Shown one piece after another: positions 55,274-64,000 of a stretch of 64,000 nucleotides of DNA; the stretch's first letter is position 1; every line of letters begins with the position of its first letter. The DNA lies in UHGV virus genome UHGV-1366171. One strand, given 5' to 3'. Under the pieces are notes generated by a model. It saw only the letters and a list, made by a program, of their open reading frames with translations, made no database searches and was not told the DNA's origin. A program made the position numbers and the translations under genes. This DNA comes from a virus.

Positions 55274-55612
55274 GTGAGCAGAGTGGAGTTGGAAATACTT
55301 CAAGATTTGAAAAATTATTTTGGAGATGATTATGAGGAAGAGCAGGAATCTACTCTGCTCTTTTGCATCAAACGTTCAATAAAATCTTTTAAAAATAAAA
55401 GGAACTATCCTAGCGCTTATCCCCAAATTATGATTGAGAAGGATATGGACAAGTATTATTCTTGTCTCTTGGATTTGTCTTTATATTGGGCCATAAAACA
55501 AGGATATGAATTTCAAGGTTCTCATTCTGAAAATAGTACAAACCGATCTTGGGAAAGTGAATCGGAGATTTATTCTTTGCACAATGTTATTCCAATAGCA
55601 AGAATTTTATAG
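55274..55612 (+). CDS. Head-tail connector (gp6-like) protein
   Basis: 112 aa, position and composition typical of gp6/QLRG-family connectors. Confidence 0.4.
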   Translation: MSRVELEILQDLKNYFGDDYEEEQESTLLFCIKRSIKSFKNKRNYPSAYPQIMIEKDMDKYYSCLLDLSLYWAIKQGYEFQGSHSENSTNRSWESESEIYSLHNVIPIARIL

Positions 55613-55743
55613 TTTTTGCAGTAAAAGCCGGTGCGTGGTTAAGGTAATTCCCTCCCGCTTTAATCGCAGGGTGCCAACAATGAGTGTGGTTGGGGAGTTG
55701 GCAAAATTAAAAAAGGGAGAGAAGAAAAAGAAGAGGTGTTTAA

Positions 55744-56055
55744 ATGGGATGTGAAAATAATTGCGTGAATGAACACCGATTAAAAAAAATCGAAGAAGAT
55801 TTTAAGGAATTTAGAGATAAGAACTCTAAAGATCATAAAGAGTTTTTTAATCGACTGGAAGATGTTGAGAAAGACATGATTTCTTCTAAAAGCGACAGGG
55901 AGCACATTAATGAGAAATTAGACGAAATCAGCGGTAATGTTAAGGTTCTTATGGAAAAACCTGGGAAAAGATATGAAACGATTGCTACAAGTGTTTTGAC
56001 AGGAATAATCGGAGCGTTAATAGGATTTATCGCAAGCGGTGTTTTTCCGATGTAG
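55744..56055 (+). CDS. XhlA-like protein (coiled coil + C-terminal TM)
   Basis: Coiled coil KIEEDFKEFRDKN...EKLDEISGNVKVL followed by TM segment TIATSVLTGIIGALIGFIASGVF. Confidence 0.45.
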   Translation: MGCENNCVNEHRLKKIEEDFKEFRDKNSKDHKEFFNRLEDVEKDMISSKSDREHINEKLDEISGNVKVLMEKPGKRYETIATSVLTGIIGALIGFIASGVFPM

Positions 56056-56084
56056 CTAGATTCCATTTCAGGGAGGGAAGTGGA

Positions 56085-56336
56085 ATGGATTTAAAAAGAA
56101 ATTTTTATAAGGAATTTATAAAAGAAGAAATTGATTTTTATTTGAGGGAGGCAAACTTTGATGAAAGGGAGCGCTCCCTCTTTTTGTATAGAAATAGTAA
56201 AATTCCATTGGAAGAAGTAGCAGAAAAAATGAATTGTAGCGTTAGCACTATTAACAGAATAAATCGAACGATGAAAACAAAGATCATCAAAACAGCACCT
56301 AAATATTATAGAGGAATTTCAGAAAATTGGAAATGA
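56085..56336 (+). CDS. Sigma-70 region 4 / ArpU-like late transcription regulator
   Basis: ERERSLFLYRNSKIPLEEVAEKMNCSVSTINRINRTMKTKI is a sigma region-4 HTH. Confidence 0.5.
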   Translation: MDLKRNFYKEFIKEEIDFYLREANFDERERSLFLYRNSKIPLEEVAEKMNCSVSTINRINRTMKTKIIKTAPKYYRGISENWK

Positions 56337-56430
56337 CATATTGGTGATAGAAATGTGACAGTTTTATGGAATGGTGAATAACGGTCCCGTCATTTAAAAT
56401 TAAATCATAAAGACAGGGGAGGAAAACGTT

Positions 56431-56940
56431 ATGCAACCATTTCCGACATATCAAAACTTCGGATATCAGCCACAGTATGGAGGATATCAACAGTATAATC
56501 CTTTACAACCGCAATATGACAGATTGGCTCAGATGCAGACACAGTATAATCAGCAACAGTTATATAACCAACCTGTTCAGCAGGCTCAAACTCCTGGTCT
56601 GAATGGAGAAATTGTGGATGGCCTGGACGTGGTAAAGGCGAAGAATGTTGACATGAGCGGCCAGCCTACCTTTTATCCAAAATCCGATTTGTCAGAAGTA
56701 TATGTAAAAAGGCTTATGGCAGATGGAACAAGTCAGATTATTACATATAAGGCAGTTCAGCCGGAAGATGAAAAGCAAAAGGAAGATCAATCGTATGTTG
56801 ATATTCAGATGCTTAATTCTATGCTTGGACAAGTTAAAGCAGAGATATTACAGGGAATTGGCGGAGAACTATCTGAGATTAAACAGATGATTACACCGAT
56901 AGAATCTCCTAAAGTGCAGAGGGGAGGTAATCAGAAATGA
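56431..56940 (+). CDS. Protein with Q/Y/P/N-rich prion-like N-terminus
   Basis: MQPFPTYQNFGYQPQYGGYQQYNPLQPQYDRLAQMQTQYNQQQLYNQPVQQAQTPG..., then a globular C-terminal half. Confidence 0.45.
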   Translation: MQPFPTYQNFGYQPQYGGYQQYNPLQPQYDRLAQMQTQYNQQQLYNQPVQQAQTPGLNGEIVDGLDVVKAKNVDMSGQPTFYPKSDLSEVYVKRLMADGTSQIITYKAVQPEDEKQKEDQSYVDIQMLNSMLGQVKAEILQGIGGELSEIKQMITPIESPKVQRGGNQK

Positions 56941-57188
56941 TGAATATGCAATTTAACCCGATGCAACTTATGCAAATGATGAAAAATGGAGGAAACCCTC
57001 GTCAAATGCTTATAAACATGATGAAACAACAGGCCGGAAATAATCCTGTGATGTCAAATGCTTTACAGATGATGGAAAAAGGAGATTCCAAAGGCTTAGA
57101 ACAGCTTTGTAGGAATCTTGGGAAAGAAAAGAATGTTGATATAGATCAAATGATGAATCAGATAAAAAATCAGTTTGGAATGAAATAA
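56937..57188 (+). CDS. Met/Gln/Asn-rich small protein
   Basis: MMNMQFNPMQLMQMMKNGGNPRQMLINMMKQQAGNNPVMSNALQMMEKG... Confidence 0.4.
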   Translation: MMNMQFNPMQLMQMMKNGGNPRQMLINMMKQQAGNNPVMSNALQMMEKGDSKGLEQLCRNLGKEKNVDIDQMMNQIKNQFGMK

Positions 57189-57267
57189 ATTAAATCGCTA
57201 CAACAATTAAAAGAGCCGCGGAACTTTTGATTTTGTAAATATAAAAATCAATAAGGAGGTAATCTCT

Positions 57268-57987
57268 ATGATGAGTGAGGGATTATCAGCGAGTGATGTT
57301 GCAGTTTTAACTGGCAACACTAATAACCGTGGCTGTAATGATGGCTTTGGATGGGGCGGAGAATGGATTTGGATTATTCTTCTGTTCTGCCTGTTCGGCT
57401 GGGGAGGCTTCGGCGGAGGCTGGGGTGGAAATGGTGGTGGATTTAATACACCTTCCGCGAATGGTGCTTTAACCAGAGCCGAAATGTTTGAGGGTTTCCA
57501 GGGACAGGGGTTCAACGATCGCCTGACAGGAATCCGTGATGGACAGTTTGGAATCGAACAGTCTTTGTGTAACGGATTTAATGGTGTGCAGCAGGGATTT
57601 AACTCTATTGCAACACAGATGGCAAATTGCTGCTGTGATTTAAAACAGGGGCAGGGCGAAATTTCCTATAATATCGCAATGCAGACCAATAGCTTACAGA
57701 ACACCATGAATCAGAACGCAAACGCTCTCCAGAGTCAGCTTTGCAATGGATTTAGAGATGTGATTGATGCACAGAACGCAGGAACACAGAGAATCGTTGA
57801 CCTGATTACTCAGGACAAGATTTCTTCTCTCCAGACTGAACTTCAGTCCGCGCAGCTTCAGCTTGCTAACGCAAATCAGACGACGAATATCGTTAATGCT
57901 TTACGCAGCCCGGCTCCTATTCCGGCTTATACGGTTCCTAACCCATACGCTTATACAGGGTGCGGATGCGGGACTTGCGGCTGCTAA
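57268..57987 (+). CDS. Gly/Trp-rich membrane protein with Q/N-rich coiled region and Cys-Gly C-terminus
   Basis: GFGWGGEWIWIILLFCLFGWGGFGGGWGGNGGGFN ... CCCDLKQGQG ... ends YTGCGCGTCGC. Confidence 0.45.
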   Translation: MMSEGLSASDVAVLTGNTNNRGCNDGFGWGGEWIWIILLFCLFGWGGFGGGWGGNGGGFNTPSANGALTRAEMFEGFQGQGFNDRLTGIRDGQFGIEQSLCNGFNGVQQGFNSIATQMANCCCDLKQGQGEISYNIAMQTNSLQNTMNQNANALQSQLCNGFRDVIDAQNAGTQRIVDLITQDKISSLQTELQSAQLQLANANQTTNIVNALRSPAPIPAYTVPNPYAYTGCGCGTCGC

Positions 57988-58199
57988 TGAGAAATCAGCA
58001 GTTGTTTGATAATCTCCAGATTTATGACACAGTTTTGCAGCTTATGACATTCTTGTGGGCTGCGGACGATGCAAGTAATACTGATATTATTGAGGAATTA
58101 CAGAAACAAAATTCTAAATATCTGGAAACGATTATCAGACAGAACAAAAAAATAATAAGCATGTTGGAAACGCAAAGTTCCATATCTACACCTAAGTAG
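57960..58199 (+). CDS. Hypothetical protein
   Basis: 79 aa. Confidence 0.3.
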   Translation: MRMRDLRLLMRNQQLFDNLQIYDTVLQLMTFLWAADDASNTDIIEELQKQNSKYLETIIRQNKKIISMLETQSSISTPK

Positions 58200-58273
58200 T
58201 CTTGCGAAAATAACGAAAAGGGGTAGACGTGGTAAGTTTATCCCTTTTCTTCATTGGAAAGGAGATAAAGAAT

Positions 58274-58693
58274 ATGGCTGAATTTACAAGCCCGTTTGTT
58301 CAGAGGATAGCGGCTGGGCAGAATGCAGTGTTGTTAGAAGATCCTGTTAAAAGTAGATGTGTAAATCATCGTGCAGGTTCTGGTCTGGTTTGTGTGGCAA
58401 ATAGCGGAAACGACTGTAATCCTGCGAGATATAGAGTATATGGAAAGGCAAATATAGCTATTCCAACTGGCGGAACAGTTGGAGCGATTTCGCTTGGATT
58501 ATCATTAAATGGAGAGGTGTTACAGACATCCCTTGCAACGGTTACTCCGGCAGCAGTAGAAAATTTCTTTAATGTCTCTTTTGAAGAAATTGTTTGCGCT
58601 GGGAAGTGCCAGGTAAACTTGGCAATAACCAATCCCAACACCCAGGCAATCGAAGTTGAAAATTTAACGCTTATTGTAGAGCGTGAGTGCTAG
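58274..58693 (+). CDS. Beta-rich hypothetical protein
   Basis: Start ATGGCTGAATTT with RBS GGAAAGGAG (the track ORF begins at 58229). Confidence 0.4.
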   Translation: MAEFTSPFVQRIAAGQNAVLLEDPVKSRCVNHRAGSGLVCVANSGNDCNPARYRVYGKANIAIPTGGTVGAISLGLSLNGEVLQTSLATVTPAAVENFFNVSFEEIVCAGKCQVNLAITNPNTQAIEVENLTLIVEREC

Positions 58694-58704
58694 GAGGTGT
58701 CGGT

Positions 58705-59469
58705 ATGCATGAATTGATTAAGAAGATTGAAGATATTGCTAAACAGGATATTGAGTGCATGGCAGCGAAGGGGTACGATCACATTGATCGGAAATGTTTT
58801 GGCGAGGCTGTAGATGTTTTGAAAGATGCTATGCAGATGAAATACTTTGTGGCGGAAACCATGAAAGCTTGTCTGGAAACTGAGTACATGAAGGAGATTA
58901 AAATTCCGAACAAAATCCATGAAGGCGAGCTGACAGAGAGAATGTTAGAGGAATACGATTCAAACCCGGATTTTGGAGTGATGGGAAATGGTAGATATGG
59001 TTATAGAGGACGTGCAGCAAATGGACGGTTTGTCCATCGCTCTGGTCGAGGACGTTCCGCTGGATATACCCCGTATCTTCATATAATGCCGGAGATGGAT
59101 GAGTATGATGGAATGTACGATGAAATCCCTTATCCGATGACTGGCTATCGTATGGGTTATACAAGCGGAAGAAACGGAAACTACAGTGGAAATATGTCGA
59201 ATACCGGAGGCGGTTCCGATAATGGCAGATATGGATATGATGGTATGAACAGACCTTCCAGATACGGCGAATCTTATGATCGCATGTCTGAGTATAGACG
59301 CCACTATACAGAGTCCAAAAATCCAGAGGATAAAAAGCACATGGAGGAATACATGAAACGTTATGCGAAAGACTTTATGGATTCTTTCAGCGAGGTAAAG
59401 GCTGACGCTGATCCGGCGGCATGGCAGGCATTGAAGCAGGATATGGTTAAATTTGTCCAGAGTATGTAA
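58705..59469 (+). CDS. Gly/Tyr/Arg-rich low-complexity protein (RGY/RYGY repeats) with helical termini
   Basis: GNGRYGYRGRAANGRFVHRSGRGRSAGYTPY ... GYRMGYTSGRNGNYSGNMSNTGGGSDNGRYGYDGMNRPSRYGESYDRMSEYRRHY; RBS AGGAGG. Confidence 0.45.
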   Translation: MHELIKKIEDIAKQDIECMAAKGYDHIDRKCFGEAVDVLKDAMQMKYFVAETMKACLETEYMKEIKIPNKIHEGELTERMLEEYDSNPDFGVMGNGRYGYRGRAANGRFVHRSGRGRSAGYTPYLHIMPEMDEYDGMYDEIPYPMTGYRMGYTSGRNGNYSGNMSNTGGGSDNGRYGYDGMNRPSRYGESYDRMSEYRRHYTESKNPEDKKHMEEYMKRYAKDFMDSFSEVKADADPAAWQALKQDMVKFVQSM

Positions 59470-59551
59470 ATAAGGAAACAGAAGGGCTTGTTGCTTTAGA
59501 GCAACAGGCTCTTTTGAATATAAAAAGAAAGATAGAAAGGTAGGAATAAAG

Positions 59552-59881
59552 ATGATTTTACAGATTAGCAAGGGTAACAAAAAAATTTATCAAGAAGCGG
59601 AAAGTATTTCGTTATCTAAGGTGGATTTATCTGAAATGCCAAAAATCTCAAAAGACGATTTGTTAGAGGTTTTGAATTTAGAAGTAAACCCAGAGAATAA
59701 GATGTACTTTGATATGGATGGAGTAATGTCCGATGAAGAAAGACTTAATGCTGAAAAGGCGGTTAAGGTGGCTGTGCTTTTAGATGGAGAAATTTCTCAT
59801 AATAATAAGACTTTGATTTTTTCAGGAAATACAACGATTTACCTTTTAAACAGTAATGGAAAGACGATACAGAGATTTTGA
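59552..59881 (+). CDS. Hypothetical protein
   Basis: 109 aa. Confidence 0.3.
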   Translation: MILQISKGNKKIYQEAESISLSKVDLSEMPKISKDDLLEVLNLEVNPENKMYFDMDGVMSDEERLNAEKAVKVAVLLDGEISHNNKTLIFSGNTTIYLLNSNGKTIQRF

Positions 59882-59972
59882 GTTGAAAAAGAAAAGATGA
59901 AAAGGGCTGGCTTTCTATGAGAGTTTAGCTCTTTTTGATTACAAAATTTAATTATAAAGGAGATGTGGTAGC

Positions 59973-60656
59973 ATGGTAAGTATTTTTGAAGAACGTAATG
60001 TAAGAATAATTTGTAGTAAAAACAGGAGCGAAATATGGTTTAGTGCGATTGATGTTGGAGAAGAATTAGGGATCGCAAATATTCGTGATACACTAAGAAA
60101 TATTGATCGTTCAGAAAAGAAGAAATTTACTAATGAAATGATTTCGGGTGTCGGAGTTTTCTACACCCGGAATTTTAATTCACCATTGAACAATTACGGA
60201 GAAACATTTGTATCTGAAGAAGCTGTTTATAATATGGCGTTCAGAAGCAACAAACCAGAAGCCAAGCTGTTTACAAAATGGGTAACAAAGGTATTAAAGC
60301 AAATCCGTGTAAATGGATTCTATGTTCTGGACGGAAAAGGAGAAGAGCGGTTAAAGACCAGAGAAGAGACAAAGAAAGTACGCCGGATGGAAACGGACAC
60401 AATCAAGAAATATGTGGAGTACGCAAAATCGCAGGGCAGCACCCATGCAGATATGTACTACCAGAATTTCACGAAGCTGGTTCAGAACTGTTTGGGAATC
60501 GAAGCCGGGAGAAGAGATGATTTAGACCAGAAAACACTTTTGCGGTTGAAGTCTTTGGAAACGCTGATTGATATGCGACTGGAAAATTTATTGAAAACAG
60601 ACATTCCCTATAAAGATATGTATGAGGATGTAAAAGAACTGATTCGGAGCATTTGA
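59973..60656 (+). CDS. Bro-N domain antirepressor-like protein
   Basis: IFEERNVRIICSKNRSEIWFSAIDVGEELGI ... AKLFTKWVTKVL. Confidence 0.6.
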   Translation: MVSIFEERNVRIICSKNRSEIWFSAIDVGEELGIANIRDTLRNIDRSEKKKFTNEMISGVGVFYTRNFNSPLNNYGETFVSEEAVYNMAFRSNKPEAKLFTKWVTKVLKQIRVNGFYVLDGKGEERLKTREETKKVRRMETDTIKKYVEYAKSQGSTHADMYYQNFTKLVQNCLGIEAGRRDDLDQKTLLRLKSLETLIDMRLENLLKTDIPYKDMYEDVKELIRSI

Positions 60657-60667
60657 CAGGAGGAGCT

Positions 60668-61030
60668 ATGCAGGACTGTAAAGTAAATATTTTGGGAACG
60701 GAATGGAACATTATTTTTCAGACGATAGAACAGGACAAGGCATTTGCTGATTGTGATGGATATTGCGACCCGACAGTTAAGAAAATCCACGTCCGCCTAT
60801 ACACGGATGAAGAAGTGAAAGAACAGAAATTCGGATACGAAAGCAGAGAAGAACATAGAAAGAGGGTTATTCGTCACGAAATTCTACATGCGTTCATGTT
60901 CGAGAGTGGTTTGTGGCAAAATAGCTTTTGCGCTGATGTTCCGTGGGCTATGGGAGAAGAAATGATAGATTTCTATGCAATCCAGTCTCCAAAAATCTTC
61001 AAGGTATTTCAAGAACTGGATATTCTTTAA
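60668..61030 (+). CDS. HExxH zinc metallopeptidase-like protein (paralogue A)
   Basis: VIRHEILHAFMFESG; RBS GGAGGAGCT. Confidence 0.45.
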   Translation: MQDCKVNILGTEWNIIFQTIEQDKAFADCDGYCDPTVKKIHVRLYTDEEVKEQKFGYESREEHRKRVIRHEILHAFMFESGLWQNSFCADVPWAMGEEMIDFYAIQSPKIFKVFQELDIL

Positions 61031-61245
61031 GCATTTTTTAATAAGAAACAGGAAGCATCACGGTTATTAAAATAATCGTGGCATTTCTTTAAATAGAAAA
61101 TAAAAAAGAGCCTATAGGCTCTTGCCCGACGTTTTACATGGAAAGGAATTTCAACTTTTCAAGGGTCTACTGACGGCTTTGCGTTCCCTGTTATTTATAT
61201 TGATTATATCAGAAATAGTTTAATTGTCAATAAGGTGGTGATACC

Positions 61246-61632
61246 ATGATAGATGAATTTTATATAAATGGGATTCATTGGAATGTACAGTGGACGAATC
61301 CAAGCAATCCTATTTTGGTGGACAGGACAAATGTTTTGACCTGTGCAGTAACCGACCCAGAAACTATGACGATTTATCTATCAGATCGTCTTAAAGGAGA
61401 GTTTTTAAATCATGTGCTTATTCATGAGCTTGGACATTGCGTAATGTTCTCTTATGGACTTGTGAATGAAATTCATAGAATGTGCAAGAAACGATTCTGG
61501 ATTGAAATGGAAGAATTTTGTGCGAACCTGCTTGCTGATTATGGACGACAGATATTTGGTATAGCCTATTCGGTATTAGGAGAACAGGCGATTCATGTTG
61601 TTCCTTATCATATGGAAAAACTTGTTGCGTAG
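61246..61632 (+). CDS. HExxH zinc metallopeptidase-like protein (paralogue B)
   Basis: HVLIHELGHCVMFSYG; similar length and motif position to 60668. Confidence 0.45.
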   Translation: MIDEFYINGIHWNVQWTNPSNPILVDRTNVLTCAVTDPETMTIYLSDRLKGEFLNHVLIHELGHCVMFSYGLVNEIHRMCKKRFWIEMEEFCANLLADYGRQIFGIAYSVLGEQAIHVVPYHMEKLVA

Positions 61633-61642
61633 GAGGTAATGT

Positions 61643-62047
61643 ATGCATAGAAGTCCAGTAAGAGATAGACAAAAAGTATGGTGGGTTACGATAGAAGAAA
61701 TCCACGAGGGAATAGATAATATAATAAAATATGGAAAGCCGGAAATGCGCAAACAAACCGTAAGCGCAACTAGCGGCACACCGGAGGAAATAGCGGCTGG
61801 GATTGTACCTAACTATGACCGATATGTTACTCATTATAAATCTAAAAGTAAGCCTTTCAATCCAGTTGAGGGAATGGGGGTATTTGTTGATGTAGAGCCT
61901 GAGTTGGATGAGACTGGAAATCTGGTTATGGAGGAAGATGGATATACGCCAGTTACGCCGCCAGATTATCGGCTGGTTAAGATTTTGGACACGAAAAAGG
62001 GAAGCGTGGCGAGGTATGGGATAAGCAAAGTGGGAGGGAATCAATGA
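61643..62047 (+). CDS. Hypothetical protein
   Basis: 134 aa. Confidence 0.35.
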   Translation: MHRSPVRDRQKVWWVTIEEIHEGIDNIIKYGKPEMRKQTVSATSGTPEEIAAGIVPNYDRYVTHYKSKSKPFNPVEGMGVFVDVEPELDETGNLVMEEDGYTPVTPPDYRLVKILDTKKGSVARYGISKVGGNQ

Positions 62048-62250
62048 TGGTCGTTATTAACGAAAAAATTCACTTAGAACCATGCAAATATTGTGGTGGT
62101 AGAGCATACATAGATATTTTATTTGATAAACCATATATAAACGCACATCATACAAGAAAATGTAAAATGAGACCGGATACATGGCTACTATCTTCTGAAC
62201 CATTAAATAAACAAATTAAAGCGTGGAATATGAAAGTGAAGAAACAGTAA
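62044..62250 (+). CDS. Lar-like zinc-ribbon restriction-alleviation protein (second copy)
   Basis: EPCKYCGGRAY ... KAWNMKV. Confidence 0.45.
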   Translation: MMVVINEKIHLEPCKYCGGRAYIDILFDKPYINAHHTRKCKMRPDTWLLSSEPLNKQIKAWNMKVKKQ

Positions 62251-62792
62251 TGGTACGAAAAACAATGAAAATCAATCTCCTTGATGGCGGAAAATCGTTA
62301 CAACAGGCAATCCGGCAGATAGAACAGTATAAGAATGATTTGTCGAGGAAATGCGAGGAGATTTGTAGGCGGTTATCGGAAATTGGCGTTCAGGTCGCGA
62401 ATACAGTACTTAGAGAAGGAAAACTAGAGGATTATCAGCCCTCTACTAAAGTCAGTTATGAAATTGATACCAGTGGAAATATAGTACGGGCAAAGATAAT
62501 AATTTCTGGCCCGTACATTTTATTTCTGGAATTTGGAAGCGGTATTCGCTACAGTGGTACAAAAAATCCAAAAGTGGCGGAGTTGGGCTATGGTCCTGGC
62601 ACATATCCATCAAATGCTCCACAGCAAAATCCGCCGTATGATAACTGGGAAAGCCCAACAGGGTGGTATTACTATGGAGATGATGGAAAAGTTCATCACA
62701 CTTTCGGCGTTCAGGCAAAAATGCCTGTGTATCGTGCATCAGTCGAAATAATGAAAAGTGTTAATGAAGTGGCGAAAGAGATATTTGGCTGA
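62223..62792 (+). CDS. Hypothetical protein
   Basis: 189 aa; the true start may be the internal ATG at 62250 overlapping the upstream stop. Confidence 0.35.
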   Translation: MEYESEETVMVRKTMKINLLDGGKSLQQAIRQIEQYKNDLSRKCEEICRRLSEIGVQVANTVLREGKLEDYQPSTKVSYEIDTSGNIVRAKIIISGPYILFLEFGSGIRYSGTKNPKVAELGYGPGTYPSNAPQQNPPYDNWESPTGWYYYGDDGKVHHTFGVQAKMPVYRASVEIMKSVNEVAKEIFG

Positions 62793-63037
62793 TTATTTTT
62801 CCACATTTTTATTGATAAAATCTTTAATCGCCATATCCAGTATTTTGCTAATCGGTATCATAGTTTTTTGAGAATAAGACTATAGATCGAATTGATGTAA
62901 ATGGAAACTATTGTCCGGAAAATTGTAGATGGGCCGATTGCGAAACGCAGAACTATAATAAAAGAGTCACAAGAAAAGTTGTTATTGATGGAGAAGAAAA
63001 GACTTTAAAAGACATAGAAAAAGAATACGGAATTTCT

Positions 63038-63298
63038 ATGTCAACACTGCGTACAAGGTATATAAGATACAAAAAAGGAATATACACAGTCTCAGATTTG
63101 ATTTCAAAGGATAAGATTTACAAACCACAAAAGAATAACACATTTATAGAAGTGGAAGGAATTACAAAAAGACTATGCGATTGGGAAAGGGAAACTGGAA
63201 TTGGGAGAAAAACAATTATGAATAGATATAAAAGAGGGGTTAGAGGGAAAGAACTTTTTAAACCAACATATACCAAAAAAGGAGATGGCGGTAATTAA
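63038..63298 (+). CDS. Hypothetical protein
   Basis: 86 aa basic. Confidence 0.3.
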   Translation: MSTLRTRYIRYKKGIYTVSDLISKDKIYKPQKNNTFIEVEGITKRLCDWERETGIGRKTIMNRYKRGVRGKELFKPTYTKKGDGGN

Positions 63299-63691
63299 AT
63301 GACAATCTTAGAAATGATAAACACAATTTATTCTCAATGGACTGACGCAATAAAGGATAAAGTAACCGGATACTCAATGGAAAACAGTGCTACGGTTACA
63401 AAATTACCTTACGCCACAATGTACTTTACAGGTATTCCGGGTAGCGATTGGGATTTAAAGGGAGATGAGGCTGCGGTAACACCGACGGCACAGATTGATA
63501 TTTACACGAAAGGGCAGAGAGCTTTAACACAAGCATATGAGATTGATGATTTATCACATGCTTGTCTTACCAGTATGGGATTCAGAAGAAGTATGGGGCC
63601 GGAATTAATTCAGTCCACAGACCCGTCAATCAAACGCCTTACGAGTAGGTATACAAGAATTGTTGGCTATGGGGATTCTTTGGAAATATGA
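63299..63691 (+). CDS. Hypothetical protein
   Basis: 130 aa. Confidence 0.35.
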   Translation: MTILEMINTIYSQWTDAIKDKVTGYSMENSATVTKLPYATMYFTGIPGSDWDLKGDEAAVTPTAQIDIYTKGQRALTQAYEIDDLSHACLTSMGFRRSMGPELIQSTDPSIKRLTSRYTRIVGYGDSLEI

Positions 63692-63797
63692 GTACCTACA
63701 AGGTTTAAATATGAATTATAATATAAGATAGAAGGAATAAGAAAAGAGGAATCTTGGAAACAAGGTTCCTTTTTTTGCGCAGAAAGGAGGAACACAA

Positions 63798-64000
63798 ATG
63801 CAGATCAACGATAAAGTTTACAATATTTTGAAATATGTCGCTCAAATTGCACTTCCCGCATTGGGTACATTGTATTTTGCCCTTGCTGGAATTTGGGGAT
63901 TTCCTTATGGAGAAGAGATCGTTGGAACTATTACGGCGGTTGATACTTTCCTGGGAGTTCTTTTGGGAATTAGTGCGGCGACGTACAGCAGAAAGAATCA
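63798..64000 (+). CDS. Holin-like membrane protein, 3'-truncated by the window end
   Basis: MQINDKVYNILKYVAQIALPALGTLYFALAGIWGFPYGEEIVGTITAVDTFLGVLLGIS resembles the phiLC3/LL-H holin family (from memory); RBS AAAGGAGG. Confidence 0.4.
   Translation, partial: MQINDKVYNILKYVAQIALPALGTLYFALAGIWGFPYGEEIVGTITAVDTFLGVLLGISAATYSRKN

Noticed and set aside
58960-59580. 206-aa minus-strand ORF
   Set aside because: Antisense shadow of the Gly/Tyr/Arg-rich gene (repetitive codons give long open antisense frames).
61418-62044. 208-aa minus-strand ORF
   Set aside because: Antisense to the HExxH gene and the following + strand ORF; no RBS, and overlaps co-oriented genes that have strong RBSs.
1-64000. 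CRISPR array or cas genes
   Set aside because: No regularly spaced direct repeats of 24-40 bp were found. The repeats present are operators, arm sites and iterons with irregular spacing.

Overview
This 64 kb window is almost all temperate-phage DNA from a low-GC Firmicute (Clostridia/Lachnospiraceae-like codon use and Shine-Dalgarno sites). Nearly every gene is on the + strand. Left to right the window contains the following.
(1) End of a tail module plus a multidomain endolysin, 1-3544.
(2) Lysogeny switch: divergent cI-like S24 repressor and cro-like HTH with reiterated operators, 3851-4873.
(3) A long early region with KilAC/ORF6N/Bro antirepressors, a tandem-OB SSB-like protein, an SbcC-like ATPase, RecT, a canonical SSB, replisome organizer and DnaC-like loader with intragenic iterons, PAPS-reductase-like, Lar, YopX, MazG-like proteins and four homing endonucleases (3 HNH/NUMOD4 + 1 GIY-YIG).
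(4) A tyrosine integrase followed by an attP-like site whose core is a tmRNA/tRNA 3' end flanked on both sides by GGTAATCA arm repeats, about 30460-30655.
(5) A gene-poor accessory stretch, 30700-36800. It holds DUF4417, a DUF4160/DUF2442 pair, an RHH-regulated promoter circuit, two more tRNA-3'-end-like fragments and two candidate small RNAs.
(6) An RHH + small serine recombinase module.
(7) A Ro60/TROVE-like vWA protein sitting just downstream of a bona fide tRNA-Asn and several partial tRNA-like (Y-RNA-like) modules, 38180-40327.
(8) An array of small ORFs and then a spaced tRNA array, 44079-45960, with unusual members.
(9) A solo TnpB (IS1341-like) preceded by a paralogue of the RHH regulator.
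(10) A head morphogenesis module (large terminase, portal, scaffold, decoration-like, major capsid, connector), 48758-55612, followed not by tail genes but by an XhlA-like protein, a sigma/ArpU-like regulator and a cluster of low-complexity Q/N/M/G/Y/R-rich proteins, 56431-59469.
(11) Bro-N, two HExxH peptidase-like paralogues, a second Lar-like protein and a holin-like ORF running off the window end.
Two genes carry in-frame TAA codons inside conserved motifs (an MBL-fold hydrolase and an XRE HTH). No CRISPR array, rRNA or classical defence operon was recognised. The most unusual content is the Ro60-like/tRNA-like locus, the atypical tRNA array, the duplicated RHH-operator module driving two different DNA enzymes, and the low-complexity protein cluster. 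All calls are from reading the sequence and the ORF track only; no searches were run.
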